The notes: generated by a model from the letters alone, not told the origin. DNA of 64,000 nucleotides from Nanobdellota archaeon (GCA_030648155.1 JAUSIK010000016.1:242961-306960); one strand, 5' to 3'; positions 30,101 through 39,698 are shown, numbered from the stretch's first letter. Numbers and translations are program-made.

Positions 30101-30963
30101 CTATACTGGAGAATGCTCCATTTAATGCAAGTAAAATTGATGCTAAAGTTTTCATAAATGAACCTGCTGAATGCAAATGGAGTTTAGACTCTAACAAAGA
30201 TTATGAAAACATGGAAAATAGTATGGAATGCTTAAGCGATGTAGAGGATAGAGAATCTATATTTGGGTGGGAATGTTCGACAACTTTTGAAATAGATAAA
30301 AACGAAAATAGTTTCTTCATTAAATGCCTTGATCAGCCATGGAAAGAAGAAAATAACAGCGAAAGAAATGTTATGATTAATCCATACGAATATAAAATAA
30401 TTAGAACTACAAATCCATTGATTATTAATTCTGTAAAACCAAACAATGAAACTTTAATATTTGGAGTTGAACCTGCTAGTGTTACTTTGGAACTTACAAC
30501 ATCCGGAGGTGTAGATGGTAGAGCTACTTGCAAGCTGTTCGGAAAGGCAATGGGAGAAACATACAAAACGACTCATAAGCAAATATTTAACAAAATATTT
30601 TCTGGCAATTATGAATTTCCAATTGAATGTGAAGATACTGCTGGAAATACAGCTTTGGCGACGTCTAAATTTGAAGTTAATTTGGATTCTAGCCCTCCTA
30701 GTGTTAGCAGAGTTTACAAACAAGGGGAAAGTTTAGTTATTGTAACAAATGAGGACGCTGAATGTTCATATTTGAAATTTGGAAGAGAGGGAGAGGAATG
30801 CTTGTTTGACTTCAAAAATGGAACCATCATGTCTGGAAGGGAAAAAATTCATTCAACTCCATTTGACAAAGGAAAGTTTTATGTTAAATGTAAAGATAAA
30901 TGGGGATATGTACCTGGAACATGCAGTGTTGTAGTAAATGGAGGAGATTATGAATTACAGTAA
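27163..30963 (+). CDS. Very large Cys-rich secreted/membrane protein with internal Gly/Ala-rich hydrophobic region
   Basis: 1266 aa, many CxxC/CC motifs, hydrophobic GA-rich segment near aa 635-765, Ig-like C-terminal repeats (DKTPP, TNEDAEC). Confidence 0.8.
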   Translation: MIKHKFKLFLQIFLLITSIIAFADIMKEVQAGMPSANMQNKKIGLMTILFLALKIITVTLFNEKTLVSALNSDDLQKGTYTCIKSKDGSLCQEYPASECNSKCDGQCLPTGRENVQSCQVGTCFDPDSGICQERSTRESCEVNGGQWFDDPAGNVAQCQKSCCVVGDETVPLVTLRECQKIEETTGVTTTFRTDAKNEIVCWALGKTKVEGACVFESDNKCRFLTKGECYGNGGEFFEGILCTHPDFNMGYEKQATAKCVEGKDELYWFDSEGNRENIYDGNKVKSWNDGKVLIKEESCDISEGNNALGNQKTCGNCNSLLGSVCGQKTEKEKLSANGIDEVCRDTRCTDSSGNLRENGESWCEYQGDIGEDKGAKGFSRSADTPGSRHFRASCIDGEVQVNACADYRNEVCIESQLERGDGEKISNSACVTNLWQLCINYNSEVKGKGAERKAQLETRNDKCIKNPHCMLKQVDVADNFKFDLCVPRYAPGFDLKKNAEGGELSCAFANQKCTVFFVKELSGWEVKANEGCLKNGFAEQMNDMCMSLGDCGASVNYMGDLTKNYKVKNTKKLDKEYLNDISQYSDTVEGKYATMNVTQYIDSVGGLEKSGFKKKDPNCNLPVGCELVPDTDVLQTAGTISGLAGSALLLLAGTDFAAGFFVAIPGSGVASLSGIAAPLAGAAIGFAVTSLLIQLTGIGGGLDPAVTWTLIAAGTVGGAIIGTTVIAAGGLKAAGATCAAGGVGCIVGVVILIVVVLIIVIFKALGIGDTKKKVVRFQCQPWQPILGGAKCGECGKDGYDCSRYSCHSLGQTCELINEGTSDEKCIDLSPNDVSAPIISPWKEALNSGFKYEENNNGMKIISSEEDGCIKSYENVIFGISLNEPGYCKYDVKNNVEFEEMEFDFGDRNLFLTNHSQLFAVPDLSSLGLPGYDPNRRSDFSLYTRCIDGNGNGKDSAEYAINFCIKPGVDKTPPIIAGREPILENAPFNASKIDAKVFINEPAECKWSLDSNKDYENMENSMECLSDVEDRESIFGWECSTTFEIDKNENSFFIKCLDQPWKEENNSERNVMINPYEYKIIRTTNPLIINSVKPNNETLIFGVEPASVTLELTTSGGVDGRATCKLFGKAMGETYKTTHKQIFNKIFSGNYEFPIECEDTAGNTALATSKFEVNLDSSPPSVSRVYKQGESLVIVTNEDAECSYLKFGREGEECLFDFKNGTIMSGREKIHSTPFDKGKFYVKCKDKWGYVPGTCSVVVNGGDYELQ

Positions 30964-31003
30964 CAATTATAAAGAAATTTTCATTGATAAAAAGATGAAT
31001 TAT

Positions 31004-31771
31004 ATGAAAAAAAGAGGCCAGATGACTATATTTATAATTGTGGCAATTGCATTGGTTGTAATTATACTCTTATTCTTTTTATTTAGACCCCAAATAGGCA
31101 ATATTTTGGGAAATGAAATATCCCCGAATTCATATTTGGAAGGCTGCATAGAACCTGAAATTAAACCTGCCGTAAATATATTATCTCAACAGGGCAGTTA
31201 TCAAAATCCAGAAGGTTATATTTCTTACAAAGGCTCAAAAGTAAAATACTTATGCTACACTGATGATTTTTATGAAACATGTACAGTTCAACAACCTATG
31301 ACTAAAGGAAATTTTGAAAAAGAATTAAATTTAATGGTAAAGGCTAAAGCCAATAAATGTGTTAGAAATCTCATTGAGGAATACGAAAAAAGAGGGTATG
31401 AAGTTACTTCAGGAGGAATTGATTCTTCAGCTTCAATTGTACCTGGCAAGATCATAGTGAGCTTTAACGCCCCTATGACTGTGACAAAACAGACAAGTGA
31501 AAAATATCAAAGTTTTGATGTAGAAATAGAGAGTCAAATGTATGATTTATTATTTATTGCTACAAGTTTAGTGCAAAATGAGGTAAAGGTTGGAGATAGT
31601 GCTACTGAGCTTTATTTACAATATTACCCTGATTTGAAGATAGAAAAAACTAAATTGACAGATGGAACTAAAATTTATAAGTTAACTAATGTTGTTACAG
31701 AAGAGCAATTTACATTTGCCTCAAGAAGTTTATCTTGGCCTGCTGGATACGGCCTGGAGGAAAATAAATGA
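31004..31771 (+). CDS. Surface protein with class III (pilin-like) signal peptide
   Basis: MKKRGQ-MTIFIIVAI; paralogue of 25966..26742 (YLC......C, TKIY, RS...P.G[FY]). Confidence 0.7.
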   Translation: MKKRGQMTIFIIVAIALVVIILLFFLFRPQIGNILGNEISPNSYLEGCIEPEIKPAVNILSQQGSYQNPEGYISYKGSKVKYLCYTDDFYETCTVQQPMTKGNFEKELNLMVKAKANKCVRNLIEEYEKRGYEVTSGGIDSSASIVPGKIIVSFNAPMTVTKQTSEKYQSFDVEIESQMYDLLFIATSLVQNEVKVGDSATELYLQYYPDLKIEKTKLTDGTKIYKLTNVVTEEQFTFASRSLSWPAGYGLEENK

Positions 31772-33285
31772 AGAGAGGATTAATTATTGGGATTATGATA
31801 TTGTTTTTGATTAATATAGTCTCGGCTCAAACTGAACCTAGTGTTTGCTGTGAACAGACAAAATCAGGACTATTCTGCCAAGATGTTCCTCAAAGTGAAT
31901 GTAAGACAGATGCAAGACAACTTCCAACAGCATGTGAATCTACATCCTATTGCAAACCTGGAGTTTGCTACGATTCTAATGAAGGTACTTGTATGGATGA
32001 GACACCTCAATTAGTTTGCAATGCGAACGATGGGATTTGGTCTGAAAATTCTCCCGCTCAATGTGAATTAGGATGCTGTATACTTGGAGATCAAGCAGCG
32101 TTTGTAACTTTAGTTAGATGCAAAAAACTAGCTGGATTTTTAGGACTGCAAACTAATTTTAATAAAGGCATTGCTGATGAAGTGCAATGTGTACTAGAAG
32201 CAAGTTCACAAGAAAAAGGAGCATGTGTTTATGATTTTGAATTTGAAAAAACTTGTAAATTTACAACAAGATTTGAATGTTCGCAGGGAGTAGGGGAAAA
32301 TACTGTTAAAGGAGAATTTTTTGAGGGGAAACTATGCAGTGCTGAAGAATTAGGGACTAAATGCGGTCCAACCAGGGAAACTACATGCGCCCCTGGAAAA
32401 GAAGAAGTATATTTCGTTGATAGCTGTGGAAATGCAGGCAATATATATGACTCTAGCAAAATAAATGACAAAGATTATTGGAGTAATGTTAAAGATAAGC
32501 TAGACTCTTGCAAGCCAAATTCTGACAATGGAAATTCTGCAAGCTGTGGAAACTGTAATTATTTATTAGGGAGTTACTGCAGGGGTTCTGATAAAGAAAC
32601 TGGAAACCCCACATATGGAGATAATATTTGCGCTAATTTGAACTGCGAAAACACACAAAATGGGAACTCTTACAAGCATGGAGAATCTTGGTGTGTATTC
32701 GATGATGAGGGAGAAGTTGGGGTTGGGGTGAATTCAGTTGGAAGTAGATTTTACAAACATATCTGTATAAATGGAGATGAAGTTTTAGAACAATGCGCTG
32801 ATTTCAGGCAGGAAGAATGCATAGAAGATAAAATAGAAACTTCGCTTGGAGATTTTTCTCAAGCGGCGTGCAGAGTTAATAGATGGCAGGACTGCACTGC
32901 ACAAACTTCACAAATTGATTGTCAAAATACAGATAGAAGAGATTGTATTTGGAAAGAAGATACACAATTATTCCTTAAAGGGGCAGCAAAAAATGGAGCA
33001 TGTTTGCCAATGAATCCACCTGGATTAAAGTTTTGGGAGGGACAAGAAGCCCTGAATATTTGTTCAAGAGGGAATGCACAATGCGTAGTAACGTTTGAAA
33101 AAGGATTATTTGGAGGGGAAAAATGCGAAAAGAATTGTGAATGCCTAGAAGATTCGTGGGAAAGGCAAAGAGCAGACATTTGTTTAAGCCTTGGAGATTG
33201 CGGGCCTCAAATAAACTGGATAGGGGACGAGGGATATAAGTCAGGATATAATATTACAGTAGGGAAAGTTAAATCTAGAAAGTAA
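31768..33285 (+). CDS. Cys-rich secreted protein, paralogue of the N-terminal half of 27163..30963
   Basis: Signal peptide; shared GNCN.LLGS.C, GESWC, CAD[FY]R.E.CIE, C.SLGDCG. Confidence 0.8.
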   Translation: MKRGLIIGIMILFLINIVSAQTEPSVCCEQTKSGLFCQDVPQSECKTDARQLPTACESTSYCKPGVCYDSNEGTCMDETPQLVCNANDGIWSENSPAQCELGCCILGDQAAFVTLVRCKKLAGFLGLQTNFNKGIADEVQCVLEASSQEKGACVYDFEFEKTCKFTTRFECSQGVGENTVKGEFFEGKLCSAEELGTKCGPTRETTCAPGKEEVYFVDSCGNAGNIYDSSKINDKDYWSNVKDKLDSCKPNSDNGNSASCGNCNYLLGSYCRGSDKETGNPTYGDNICANLNCENTQNGNSYKHGESWCVFDDEGEVGVGVNSVGSRFYKHICINGDEVLEQCADFRQEECIEDKIETSLGDFSQAACRVNRWQDCTAQTSQIDCQNTDRRDCIWKEDTQLFLKGAAKNGACLPMNPPGLKFWEGQEALNICSRGNAQCVVTFEKGLFGGEKCEKNCECLEDSWERQRADICLSLGDCGPQINWIGDEGYKSGYNITVGKVKSRK

Positions 33286-33322
33286 TGTAAAGATAATTAA
33301 AGCTTAAAAATTCCTTATAATT

Positions 33323-34072
33323 ATGAATAACTTAGATTTAGGACAACATTTTTTAGTAGATGAAGAGGTATTAGAAAAAGAAATAGATTCTGCGGATATC
33401 ACTAAAAAAGATAAAGTTATTGAAATTGGTGCTGGAAGAGGCAATTTAACGGAAAAATTAGCTGATAATGCTAAAGAGGTTCTTGCTTTTGAAATCGATA
33501 AAAGGTTTTTTAAATATTTAAATAAACTCGGAAAGAAGTATGACAACTTAAAAGTTATTTTTGACAATGCATTATTACATTCCTGGAAAGGGTATTCAAA
33601 AATAGTTTCTAATATTCCATACCACTTGTCTGAAGAAGTAATAAATAAAGCAATTATTTCGGATATAAAAGAAATTACTTTAATAGTTGGCAAAAATTTT
33701 AAAGAGTTGTTATTTTCTGATGAGAAAGTTGGGATTATTGCAAGGAAATTTTATGATATTGAAGAAATAATGGATGTTCCAAAAACAAGCTTCGAGCCTT
33801 TGCCAAGCGTTAATTCTTCCCTAATAAAGTTTATAAAAAGAGATAAAATCGGTGAATTAGATAAATTGATTATTAATATTAGCCTTGGAGGGGGAAAAAT
33901 TAAGAATTCTATAATTAGGGCGTTACTGACTGCTGGAAAAACTAAAAGAAAAGCGAGGGAACTTATTATCGAAATGGATTTAGATGAAAATATATTGGAT
34001 AAACCTGCAAAAATGATCACTTCAAAATTGCTTTTGAGAATTGAGAGTGAGTTAGAGAAGGTTTATAAATAG
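33323..34072 (+). CDS. rsmA: 16S rRNA adenine dimethyltransferase family (KsgA/RsmA/Dim1)
   Basis: GQHFLVD, IEIGAGRGNLT, FEID, VSNIPY, F.P.PSVNS. Confidence 0.85.
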   Translation: MNNLDLGQHFLVDEEVLEKEIDSADITKKDKVIEIGAGRGNLTEKLADNAKEVLAFEIDKRFFKYLNKLGKKYDNLKVIFDNALLHSWKGYSKIVSNIPYHLSEEVINKAIISDIKEITLIVGKNFKELLFSDEKVGIIARKFYDIEEIMDVPKTSFEPLPSVNSSLIKFIKRDKIGELDKLIINISLGGGKIKNSIIRALLTAGKTKRKARELIIEMDLDENILDKPAKMITSKLLLRIESELEKVYK

Positions 34073-34090
34073 TACGTACTAAGTACGTAC
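34062..34090 (+). promoter_or_regulatory. TATA box plus tandem palindromic operator directly before ATG
   Basis: TTTATAAA followed by TAGTACGTACTA-AGTACGTAC-ATG. Confidence 0.55.
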
Positions 34091-34864
34091 ATGAAGTTTA
34101 TACATAGAATATCAAAGGGTAGCAAATTTAATCAGATTTATGTTCCTAAAGAAGCAGAAGAAAAATTTGAAATTGGAGATTTAGTAGAGGTTAGGCTTCT
34201 TGCGAAAAAAACAGATTTGTATTTTTCAAGAAATTCAATTAAGCTGACTAAATTTAAAGAAAAACTAATAAAAGATATATTTGCATTTCTATCGAAAAAT
34301 ACAGATATAAAACAGATATTCATTTTTGGATCTTTTCTAACTAAAAAAATAGATTATAATGATATAGATATTATGATTGTCGGAGAGAAGGACGAGCTTA
34401 TGGAAAATAAAATTTATGAAGAACTAATAGATGAGTTCAACTTAAAATTTCATGTTTTATATATTAAAGAGGAAAAACTTGAAAATTTATTAATGACCAA
34501 TCCACTTATTAGAAATATGATTTATTACTGTGTATCCAATAAAAAATTAAAATCTTTGCCTGAAATAGAGATTAATGAAAAGGATATAAGATTTTCGTTA
34601 ATGCTTGGAGAAGATGTTTTAGATGTAGATGTTAACAGCAGAATGCTTTATGACGCTTTACGAAGGGTTTTATTAATTAAATATTTTGTTAAAAAAGAAG
34701 ATATTAGCCTGCCTGAGATAACTCAATTAATAATTAGCCTTCTAGGAAGAAATTTATACGAAGATGCAAGAAAAGACTCAATTGTCAATGAATCTAGCCG
34801 AAATAAAATTAAGCATATTATTGAGGAAAATATTAAATTTATTAAGAATAAATTAGAAAAATGA
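34091..34864 (+). CDS. AbrB-like N-terminal domain fused to a minimal nucleotidyltransferase (MNT) domain
   Basis: QIYVPK...FEIGDLVEV; IFGSFL...NDIDIMIV. Confidence 0.75.
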   Translation: MKFIHRISKGSKFNQIYVPKEAEEKFEIGDLVEVRLLAKKTDLYFSRNSIKLTKFKEKLIKDIFAFLSKNTDIKQIFIFGSFLTKKIDYNDIDIMIVGEKDELMENKIYEELIDEFNLKFHVLYIKEEKLENLLMTNPLIRNMIYYCVSNKKLKSLPEIEINEKDIRFSLMLGEDVLDVDVNSRMLYDALRRVLLIKYFVKKEDISLPEITQLIISLLGRNLYEDARKDSIVNESSRNKIKHIIEENIKFIKNKLEK

Positions 34865-35181
34865 GCAAAGATGATGGTTTGAATAAATTGGTTAAGCTAT
34901 TAACCCATGGATTATCTCATAAAATAGGAAGTATTGTGAATAAAGACAGCTATTACTCTGAAAAATATGCCAAGGAGGCTATTAATTTTTTTAATTTAGC
35001 TAAAAAAGTTTCTATAGAAGGAAATTGGAATAGAAAGGATCTAGATTTAATTGAAAAATTGTTAAGAAAAAAATTAATTGAAGAACTAAAAGCTAAATCT
35101 TTTCTGGATGAAAAAAAGTTCGAATTTGTAGATTTTGAACTTGAAAAATGTTTAAAAGAGCTAGAATTGATCCTTTCCTAA
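34861..35181 (+). CDS. Hypothetical protein coupled to the MNT gene
   Basis: ATGA start/stop overlap, 106 aa. Confidence 0.7.
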   Translation: MSKDDGLNKLVKLLTHGLSHKIGSIVNKDSYYSEKYAKEAINFFNLAKKVSIEGNWNRKDLDLIEKLLRKKLIEELKAKSFLDEKKFEFVDFELEKCLKELELILS

Positions 35182-35658
35182 ATTAATCAAATCTTCTTTA
35201 TCAAGTTCATTAAGAATTTCTTCAGATATTTTATTAGTATCATTAACAGCGGATTTTTTTTGCAAAACATTTTCAAAGAAATTAGAAAATCTTTTTCCTT
35301 TTTCTTTTGCAGTTTGCAAGGAGGCTGCCCAGTATTTTCCTGTATCTTTGAGATATTTTGGATCAAGGAATAACCATCCTTCCCTATTGAACCTTAAAGC
35401 AATAACTGGAGTAAGTCCAATAATACTCGCAAATAGCATGAAATCTTCTATCTGCTGTTTTGTTATATAGACTGTAGTTTTTCTGCTTGATTTTACTTCT
35501 ATGACATATGCTTTTTTTCCTTGTTTTGCGGCTAATAGATCGCATGGTGAATCTTCTCCTACCCCACTACCTGCAACTCTTACAGCTCTCCAAGAATTTT
35601 CAGTAAATAATTGAATCAATTCTCTTTCTACACGTGAACCTTTTGCTTTGTTGGACAT
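35161..35658 (-). CDS. hjc: Archaeal Holliday junction resolvase
   Basis: KGSRVEREL, RVAGSG, DLLA, IEVK. Confidence 0.93.
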   Translation of the reverse strand: MSNKAKGSRVERELIQLFTENSWRAVRVAGSGVGEDSPCDLLAAKQGKKAYVIEVKSSRKTTVYITKQQIEDFMLFASIIGLTPVIALRFNREGWLFLDPKYLKDTGKYWAASLQTAKEKGKRFSNFFENVLQKKSAVNDTNKISEEILNELDKEDLINLGKDQF

Positions 35659-35702
35659 TTAAAAGAAAGAATGCAAGAGTTTAAATTTATTTGCCTCAAG
35701 AC

Positions 35703-35879
35703 CTAAAGATCTCTAGCTTGCACAGTCCTTCTACCATTAAGCTTTGCTCTTTTAGATGCTTCATCCAATATTTGGATCACTTTTTTATTTAGTGCATCTG
35801 CTACTTCGGCTGCAACACTCATATCTGGAACTGCTGCCTTGATCTTACTTTTTATTATTAAATCTATATCGCTTGCCAT
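35703..35879 (-). CDS. Histone-fold protein (58 aa), absent from ORF track
   Basis: Hand translation MASDIDLIIKSKIKAAVPDMSVAAEVADALNKKVIQILDEASKRAKANGRRTVQARDL; R.TV...D motif; GGAGG upstream. Confidence 0.88.
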   Translation of the reverse strand: MASDIDLIIKSKIKAAVPDMSVAAEVADALNKKVIQILDEASKRAKLNGRRTVQARDL

Positions 35880-35884
35880 GGATA

Positions 35885-37387
35885 CTATTTTGCCTCCTTT
35901 TTTTCGTTAGATCTTGGAGAGTTAAGAGGTTTCATAAATGGGAAAATAACTGCCTCTCTAATGGGCTTACCTTCGAGAAATGCGAATAATCTTTCAGATA
36001 CACCAAAACCGCAAGTTGGAGGCATGCCATATTTAAGCGCTTCAATAAATTCTTCATCGTGAGTGTGTGCTTCTTGATCCCCTGAATCTTTCATTTTTTG
36101 CTGTTCTTTAAATCGTTCTTCTTGGTCAAAAGGATCATTTAATTCAGAGTAGCCGTTGCCTACTTCGCTTCCTGCTAATATTACTTGAAATTGTTCAACT
36201 TTTCTTTGATCTTTTGGATTTCTTTTAGCTAAAGGCGAGATTTCAACTAACTGGCCTGTGAGGAAAGCTGGGCCTGCTAATTTTCTTCTGCAATATTTCC
36301 AAAGAATATCTATAAGCCTAGGTTTATCAAGATTTTTTTCGTACTCTAATTTTAATTCATCTAACTTTGATTCAATTTCATCTTTAGAAGTTTTGAAAAC
36401 ATCTATTTTTGTTTGTTTTTTTATTTCTGAAGCATAATCTATTATATCCCATTTTTTTGATAAATCAAATTTTAAACCATTTCTTTCGAATTTTGTTGTT
36501 CCGAATGTTTCTTTTGCCAGTACTTTATATAATTCCTGCACTAATTTCATCCCATCTTCATAATTTGCATATGCTAAATAAAATTCCATTTGAGTATAAT
36601 CTTGCAAATGTTCTGCATCCATTCCTTCATTTCTAAACTGGCGCCCTATTTCAAATGTTTTCCCGTAACTTGCTACCATAAGCTTTTTTTGCCATAATTC
36701 GCCCATTGATATTCTCATATAAACATCTATATCTAGAGCATTGTGGTGAGTTTTGAAAGGTGCTGCTGCTGCACCACCGACAGAATTTTCTAATACTGGC
36801 GTTTCTACCTCTAAAAATCCTTTTGCTAATAAAAAAGAACGCATTATATTCCAAAACTTACTTTTTCTAATAAAAACTTCTTTAACTTCTGGATTAATTA
36901 ATATGTCGAGATATCTTTTTCTCAATCTTTCTTCTTCATCTTGGAGGCCGTGCCATTTTTCAGGCAATGGAAGAATAGATTTTGTCAGCAATACTATATC
37001 TTTAACTAAAACAGATAGTTCTCCCCGTTTTGTTCTAAATATTGTACCTTCTACACCTATAAAATCTCCTGAATCAATATATTTTTTGAAAAATTCACAT
37101 GTTTTATTTGGAGTTTCTTTTTCTTGGAGAACTATTTGTATTTTTGCTGTTGAGTCTTGAAGAGTCCCAAAAGCAATTTTGCCTAAATCTCTTGCTATCA
37201 TTAATCTTCCAGCTATTTTTACTTTATCTTTTGTATATTTTTCTGCTTTTAATGAAGAATACTTTTCTTGCAATTCTTTTGCCTCATTTTTAACTTCATA
37301 CTTATTAGGATAAGGATTTATGCCTGCCTTTTTTAATTCATTTATTTTCCTTAGCCTTTCATTTATTATTTCTTCTTGCCTGCCCAT
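35885..37387 (-). CDS. lysS: Lysine--tRNA ligase, class II
   Basis: OB anticodon domain, RKRYLD, FLEVETP, FRNEG, YGMPPTCGFG. Confidence 0.97.
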   Translation of the reverse strand: MGRQEEIINERLRKINELKKAGINPYPNKYEVKNEAKELQEKYSSLKAEKYTKDKVKIAGRLMIARDLGKIAFGTLQDSTAKIQIVLQEKETPNKTCEFFKKYIDSGDFIGVEGTIFRTKRGELSVLVKDIVLLTKSILPLPEKWHGLQDEEERLRKRYLDILINPEVKEVFIRKSKFWNIMRSFLLAKGFLEVETPVLENSVGGAAAAPFKTHHNALDIDVYMRISMGELWQKKLMVASYGKTFEIGRQFRNEGMDAEHLQDYTQMEFYLAYANYEDGMKLVQELYKVLAKETFGTTKFERNGLKFDLSKKWDIIDYASEIKKQTKIDVFKTSKDEIESKLDELKLEYEKNLDKPRLIDILWKYCRRKLAGPAFLTGQLVEISPLAKRNPKDQRKVEQFQVILAGSEVGNGYSELNDPFDQEERFKEQQKMKDSGDQEAHTHDEEFIEALKYGMPPTCGFGVSERLFAFLEGKPIREAVIFPFMKPLNSPRSNEKKEAK

Positions 37388-37481
37388 TTTAAATTAAAAT
37401 TAATGTGATTTATATACTATTCTATGACATTAATTTCTTTGATCTTTTTGAATTCTTTATCAAAAGATGCTAATTTTTTTA

Positions 37482-37928
37482 TTATTGTAATTTTACTTCA
37501 TCCCCCTCATTAAAATTGTACTTTTTAGATAATTCTCCATTTATTTCAAGAACATATACGGCAGATTTTTTAGGAGAATAAGTATTACAAATTTCCGTTT
37601 TACATGGAGGAGTATTTCTTTCTATATAGACTATTTTCATTTCTTTGTTTATCCATATTATATCTAGAGAGATTAAAGTATTTTTCATCCAAAAGGGATA
37701 TATTCCTTCTTCTCGGAAGATAAATAACATTCCTTCTTCTTCATCTAGGAAGGAACGATACATTAGGCCTTCTGATCTTTCTTTTTCGGTCTGGGCTAAT
37801 TCTACGTCAAAACATACATGATTTATGCAGGCTTGGTTAATAGAATCTTCATGTTTAATATATATTGAATAAATTAAAAGAGAGAAAAGTGTTATAATAA
37901 ATATTAAAATAAGAAACAATTTTTTCAT
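37482..37928 (-). CDS. DUF192 family protein
   Basis: GLMYR, GMLFIF, FWMKNT..LDIIWI, YVLEIN. Confidence 0.9.
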   Translation of the reverse strand: MKKLFLILIFIITLFSLLIYSIYIKHEDSINQACINHVCFDVELAQTEKERSEGLMYRSFLDEEEGMLFIFREEGIYPFWMKNTLISLDIIWINKEMKIVYIERNTPPCKTEICNTYSPKKSAVYVLEINGELSKKYNFNEGDEVKLQ

Positions 37929-38203
37929 TAAAATCTAAGTATTTTAAACTCTTTAAATTCTTGGAAGGGTTCTGGCTTTTCTTCTATATTCCTTATAGTG
38001 GCATGTTTAGGTCCAGCCTTGCATACTAAAATCATAGAGTCTACCTTTTCTTTATCTCCTTCTAGAAAAATTTCTATTCTACCATCTTCAAGGTTTCTTA
38101 CATAACCCTTAACATTGAGTTTATCCGCACTATCTTTAATAAATTGCCTAAAGAATATTCCTTGAACAGTGCCCGTTAAATGAAGCCTTATTGATTTTTT
38201 CAT
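37928..38203 (-). CDS. acyP: Acylphosphatase
   Basis: GTVQGIFFR, GYVRNLEDGRIE. Confidence 0.93.
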   Translation of the reverse strand: MKKSIRLHLTGTVQGIFFRQFIKDSADKLNVKGYVRNLEDGRIEIFLEGDKEKVDSMILVCKAGPKHATIRNIEEKPEPFQEFKEFKILRF

Positions 38204-38239
38204 ATTTGATCCAATATTTTAATCTTAATATATTTTACT

Positions 38240-39013
38240 TTATGCACTTTGGATACTTTCTTCTTCTCTCTTTCGATGTTGAAGAAGCTTTGTACTAAAT
38301 GAATCGTCAATTAATCTTAAATGAGAAATAGACTTCCATTCTTTGCCTAGAGTTTTTGCTGCTTGCTTGTCTATTTCTAGAGGTAAACCCGCAAGAATCT
38401 GGCCTTGTTGCGATGCATCAATAACTGCAAAATTAGGCATTTTGCATTTTAATATATCATGAATTGAAAACTTAATGGGCCATTTTCTTATTTTATTCTT
38501 TTTTAAAGAGAAGAAACCGGCATAATACTTAGATGGATATGCTCCCAGCATATTGGACAGGGAATCTACAATTTCAGTCTCTTCATCATCTTTTAAAATA
38601 GGGAGAGAAATTACACATGCTTCTAAAAGGATTTTAGGATATTTAATAGATTGAAACTTTAGAAATTCCCCATTAATAGTTTCTTCAACTTCAGTGTTAT
38701 TTAAATCTATTAATCCAATACTATATTTTTCAGAAAGTGCTTTATATCCTAAAGAATCAAATAAATCGGTGGTATCGGAACCGTCTACTCCTTCTGCGAT
38801 AAATACTTCTGTTACAGGATTCTTATTGGCTAGGCAATACTGCAAAACTGCCTCAACGAAAGCGACTGGAGTATGAGACTCTAAATCTTTTATAAATGGC
38901 TTTAAAACTATTTTGTCATATTTTTTTAATTCTCCAGTGACTTTTAACAGATTTAAAAGTTTATTGACTGATTCTGGATAAGTAGTGAATTTTATAGCTG
39001 CTCCTTTTACCAT
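38240..39013 (-). CDS. DUF362 family protein
   Basis: IVLKP, HTP, FIAEG, LIDLN, ISLPILK. Confidence 0.7.
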   Translation of the reverse strand: MVKGAAIKFTTYPESVNKLLNLLKVTGELKKYDKIVLKPFIKDLESHTPVAFVEAVLQYCLANKNPVTEVFIAEGVDGSDTTDLFDSLGYKALSEKYSIGLIDLNNTEVEETINGEFLKFQSIKYPKILLEACVISLPILKDDEETEIVDSLSNMLGAYPSKYYAGFFSLKKNKIRKWPIKFSIHDILKCKMPNFAVIDASQQGQILAGLPLEIDKQAAKTLGKEWKSISHLRLIDDSFSTKLLQHRKREEESIQSA

Positions 39014-39083
39014 AGTTAGGATAATCAATTAGAGGCTTTATAATTATTGTTATGGTGAGTTTATAGTATATTGGGAGAAGAAT

Positions 39084-39698
39084 TTACAATTTGCCCTTTT
39101 CTTCGCGCCGGTCAATTTCGTTATTTACAACTGCCACTACTTGAGAAGCAAAATAAACTTTTTTTCCTAGAGTTACTGGAGTGCATATTTTTTTTAAGCG
39201 TTTTAATTCCTTAGAAGGAAGGCCTTTATGATCTCCTAAAATGAATACTGGATCTTTCTTTATATCAACTGTTCTAATGTCCTCTCCTTTTGGGTCTAGG
39301 ATATAAAGATTTCTTCCTTTTTTATATAGATCGCCCACTACTTCCAAAAATCCTTTTTTTTGAATCCAATATCCTGGAAAAACTTCTTTTCTTTCCCCTT
39401 GCCTATACTTATATAGGATTCTTTTTAATATTCCTGAAACGTCTTTTTTTGAGAGATAGATTTTGTCTATTCCAGTCTCTCCTTCTAGAACAGGAGACAT
39501 CTCTATGTGTTTTGTTGGATCAGGCATACCTGCAAATACTAAATTTAGTTTAGCGTCTGGACGAATTTTATGGCTCAAGAAAAAAGTGGCAATTATTACA
39601 TGAATTGCGATATCGATTCTTCCTGCTTTTTGAAGGTCATCTATGGAAAAGTTTCCTGATGTAGGTGCTGTTCTTGAATAGTAAACGAGTTCTCTCAT
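39084..39698 (-). CDS. trmY: tRNA (pseudouridine54-N1)-methyltransferase, SPOUT family
   Basis: GRID...FFLSH.IR, FILGDH.G, LG...YFASQ. Confidence 0.9.
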   Translation of the reverse strand: MRELVYYSRTAPTSGNFSIDDLQKAGRIDIAIHVIIATFFLSHKIRPDAKLNLVFAGMPDPTKHIEMSPVLEGETGIDKIYLSKKDVSGILKRILYKYRQGERKEVFPGYWIQKKGFLEVVGDLYKKGRNLYILDPKGEDIRTVDIKKDPVFILGDHKGLPSKELKRLKKICTPVTLGKKVYFASQVVAVVNNEIDRREEKGKL

